Assembly (NCBI GenBank): GCA_051530055.1
Contig: CM121341.1
Span: 11,944,784 to 12,008,783, forward strand
Direction of reading: 5' to 3'
From: Neoechinorhynchus agilis
Taxonomy: Eukaryota; Animalia; Acanthocephala
DNA length: 64,000 nucleotides
The notes under the pieces are model-generated. The model made no database searches. It was not told the DNA's origin and saw nothing but the letters and a program-made list of their open reading frames with translations. Shown here one piece after another: positions 61,270 through 64,000 of the stretch (within the stretch, counting starts at the first letter, position 1; every line of letters starts with the position of its first letter). A program made the position numbers and the translations under genes.

Positions 61270-64000
61270 TCTGGCGGGACAGCAAAAGGTGTGGATGGAA
61301 GAGATGTTCAAAATGGTGTCCAAGGCCCAGATTGAACAGAAAAATGTGATACGGGGAGCATAGATAACCCCATTCCGCACTTTCGATGGAGTCGAGAACT
61401 GGGCCGAGTACGTAGAACAAGCCGAAGCCCACATGGAAATCAATGGAATCAAAGAAAGCGACGAAGAAAAGCGTAGATCCTGTCTATTGGCCTGGGTGGG
61501 TCCAAAGATTTACACAGAGCTAAAGAAGATGGTAGCTGGCCGACCGTTCGACGAAGTCAGCTATGTAGATGTCAAGTCGCTGATTGACGCTTACGTAGCA
61601 CAGCCAATGCACCAGATAACGGCGCACTACCTCTTTAGAACATGCCGTAAAGCAGAAGGACAAACTCAGGCCGAGTGGGCTACAGCACTACGAGGAGCTG
61701 CACGAGGATGCGGTTTCTACAACAAGGAAGTTAAGGATGAACGATCAGCGGTCGACGAAAGGATTAAGGATCATATAATCGTGGCGACACCCTCGAAAGC
61801 TTTAAGAAAAGCTGCGATGCAAGGCAAGGATTCAGCATCATTGGAGGAAGTCTTAAAGATTGCCGAAGCGATCGAGGTAGCAGAAAAGGCGAGTGAGCTG
61901 TTATGTGATTCAAAAAGTAACGAGCGTTCGGATCAAAGAGGAGAGGTCGAGGTTGATCGAATAATAAGAAGTCAAAGGTTCACAAGGAAATCAGAGGATA
62001 AGCGAGTACAAGAACCGAAAGAGTTCGGTAATCGATGTGGAAAGTGCGGATTCGTTCATCGAGATAAAGTTCAATGTCCGGCAAGTAGAGGAAAATGTTA
62101 CAAGTGTGGTATTAGCGGACATTTTGCCCGAATGTGTAGAAAAGCGTGGGTGAGACAAGCAGAAGCGGTAAAAGGAGCGCAGCCTAGAGAGGATGAGTGG
62201 GAACTTTAGAAAGATTGGTTGTTATGGGCTGATCTGCACTGCAAATGACGAGGGTAATCGAGCAGAAATAACGGCGAGGGTCGATGGATGTCAAGTGACA
62301 ATGAATTTTGATACTGGCGCGGAAGTTAGTATCATCGACGAGGATATGTGGAATAAGATCGGAAAGCCGAGTTTGAAAGCGACGAAGCGATTGAAGGCGT
62401 TTGGAGGATCCGAAATCGACTGTCTGGGCAAGTGCAAAGTGAGAATCGAAACAAGAGGGATAAAGAAGAATACAGTGGTGCACGTGGTAAAAGGAACGAA
62501 GGGATGTTTATGGGGGATTGACTGGATAAAGCTGTTTGATATGGAGTTACCCCCTTCAGTGATCGTCAGGGGAATAAAGACCGTACAGGAGTCAGTGGAT
62601 GAGATGCTAAAACAGTTTGAAGTACTTTTCGAGGAGAAGTGTACCCCCATCAGGAATTTCAGAGTAACACTGCCGATTGCAGACGGTGCTCAGCCCACGT
62701 GGATACCAGCGAGGAGAGTACCGTGGGCATTACAGGATGCGGTAGTTAAAGAAATGGAACGATTGACGAACAAGGGGGTATTGGAACGAGTGGAGACAGG
62801 CGACACAAATTTAGAATGGGGAACCCCTATGGTCATCACGAAGAAAAGTAATGGACAAATACGAATCTGTGCGGATTTCAGAATCACCGTCAATAAAGCT
62901 TAAAGGCAGGACAGCTATCATATGCCAACTTTCGACGACATGCTACAGAGATTGGGGAATGGCAAGAAGTACTCTACTATTGATTTATCGGATGCTTACT
63001 TGCAGTTAGAGGTGGCAGACGACCATAGGAAACTCCTAAATATATCGGCTCCATGGGGATTGTTCCGGTACCGGAGGATGCCGTTCGGACTAAGTTGCGC
63101 TCCGCAGATATTCCAGAAATTTATAGACAATTTGTTGATAGATATCCCAAGTACCGGAGCTTATCTCGACGATATAATCATCTCTTGAAAGAATGACGCA
63201 GAACATCTCCAAAATTTAAAGGCAGTGCTCGAGCGACTTGAGGAGGCAGGGATAGGCATCAAAAGAGATAAATGTAGATTTATGGAAGCACGGGTGAGAT
63301 ATTTGGGGCACAGCTTAGAAGACGGGAAAATAAAACCGCAAGGAGAAAAGGTGACTGCGATAACGTCGGCGCGATACCCACGAAATAAAAAAGAGCTTAA
63401 GTCGTTCATCGGTATGGTCAACTATCTAGAACGCTTCATTCCCGAATTGCAATCTCACTGCAGGGGATTGTATGCGTTACTGAAACAAGGAGTTCCGTGG
63501 AAATGGGGAAAGTATGAGAAGGACATCTTCGATGGAGTAAAGCGAGCCGTCCAAAATCACAAGGTATTAGTACCTTTCGATATCAAAAGAATGACTGTGC
63601 TGACATGCGACGCAAGCGAAGAAGGAATTGGTGCGGGATTGTTCCATAAGAAGGAAGATGGGAGCAAAGAACCGATCATGTTTGTATCCCGGACACTTAC
63701 CTCAGCGGAAAAGAAATACGCGACTATAGAAAAGGAAGCTTTAGCAATCGTCAGCTCGATCAAGAGGTTCCACCAACTCTTATATGGACATCGATTCATC
63801 TTAGAGACCGATCACAAACCCCTGAAGCATATTTTTGGAATGCGGACAGATTTGTCCAAGATGACGAATATTCGACTGGTACGCTGGGGCCTGTTCTTGA
63901 ATCAATACGACTTTGAGATCGAATATGTTCAAGGGGTCGAGAACAAACGTGCTGATTTTTTGTCGAGATTTCCGGTAGACCCTCCAAAGCAGAAATACTC
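61151..64000 (+). mobile_element. Ty3/Gypsy LTR retrotransposon (gag-PR-RT-RNase H), decayed, continues beyond the window
   Basis: Gag with zinc knuckle CYKCGISGHFARMC; protease NFDTGAEVS; RT IRICADFR, IDLSDAYLQ, MPFGLSCAP, YLDDII; RNase H CDAS and YATIEKEAL; stops at ~62901 and ~63186. Confidence 0.95.

Overview
AT-rich eukaryotic genomic DNA, most likely from an invertebrate animal with a compact gene structure (many introns of about 40-50 nt). I found no rRNA, tRNA or CRISPR array. Host genes I recognise: a UBE2J1/Ubc6-type E2 enzyme, a Tra2-type SR/RRM splicing factor, a CAP/SCP protein, an intronless PKA type-II-like regulatory subunit, an LRR surface protein and a roughly 2,600-aa VPS13D-like gene. 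There are also two intronless divergent TFIIB-core genes at the end of a 3.9-kb direct duplication (offset 18,855 bp) and several orphan genes. A large share of the window is mobile DNA: decayed L2/CR1-like LINEs, an internally deleted RTE-like LINE nested in one of them, one near-complete and several partial CRE-clade (RLE) non-LTR elements, a Penelope GIY-YIG fragment with an inverted repeat, a Ty3/Gypsy element, fold-back/MITE elements and a ~76-bp satellite. The most interesting unannotated signals are candidate self-cleaving ribozymes folded by eye (minimal hammerheads in two inverted-repeat elements, an HDV-like fold at the RTE 5' end), the duplicated TFIIB-core genes that differ mostly by amino-acid changes, and a PKA-R whose inhibitor site reads RRAY. 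All protein-family calls come from motif recognition; no database search was run.
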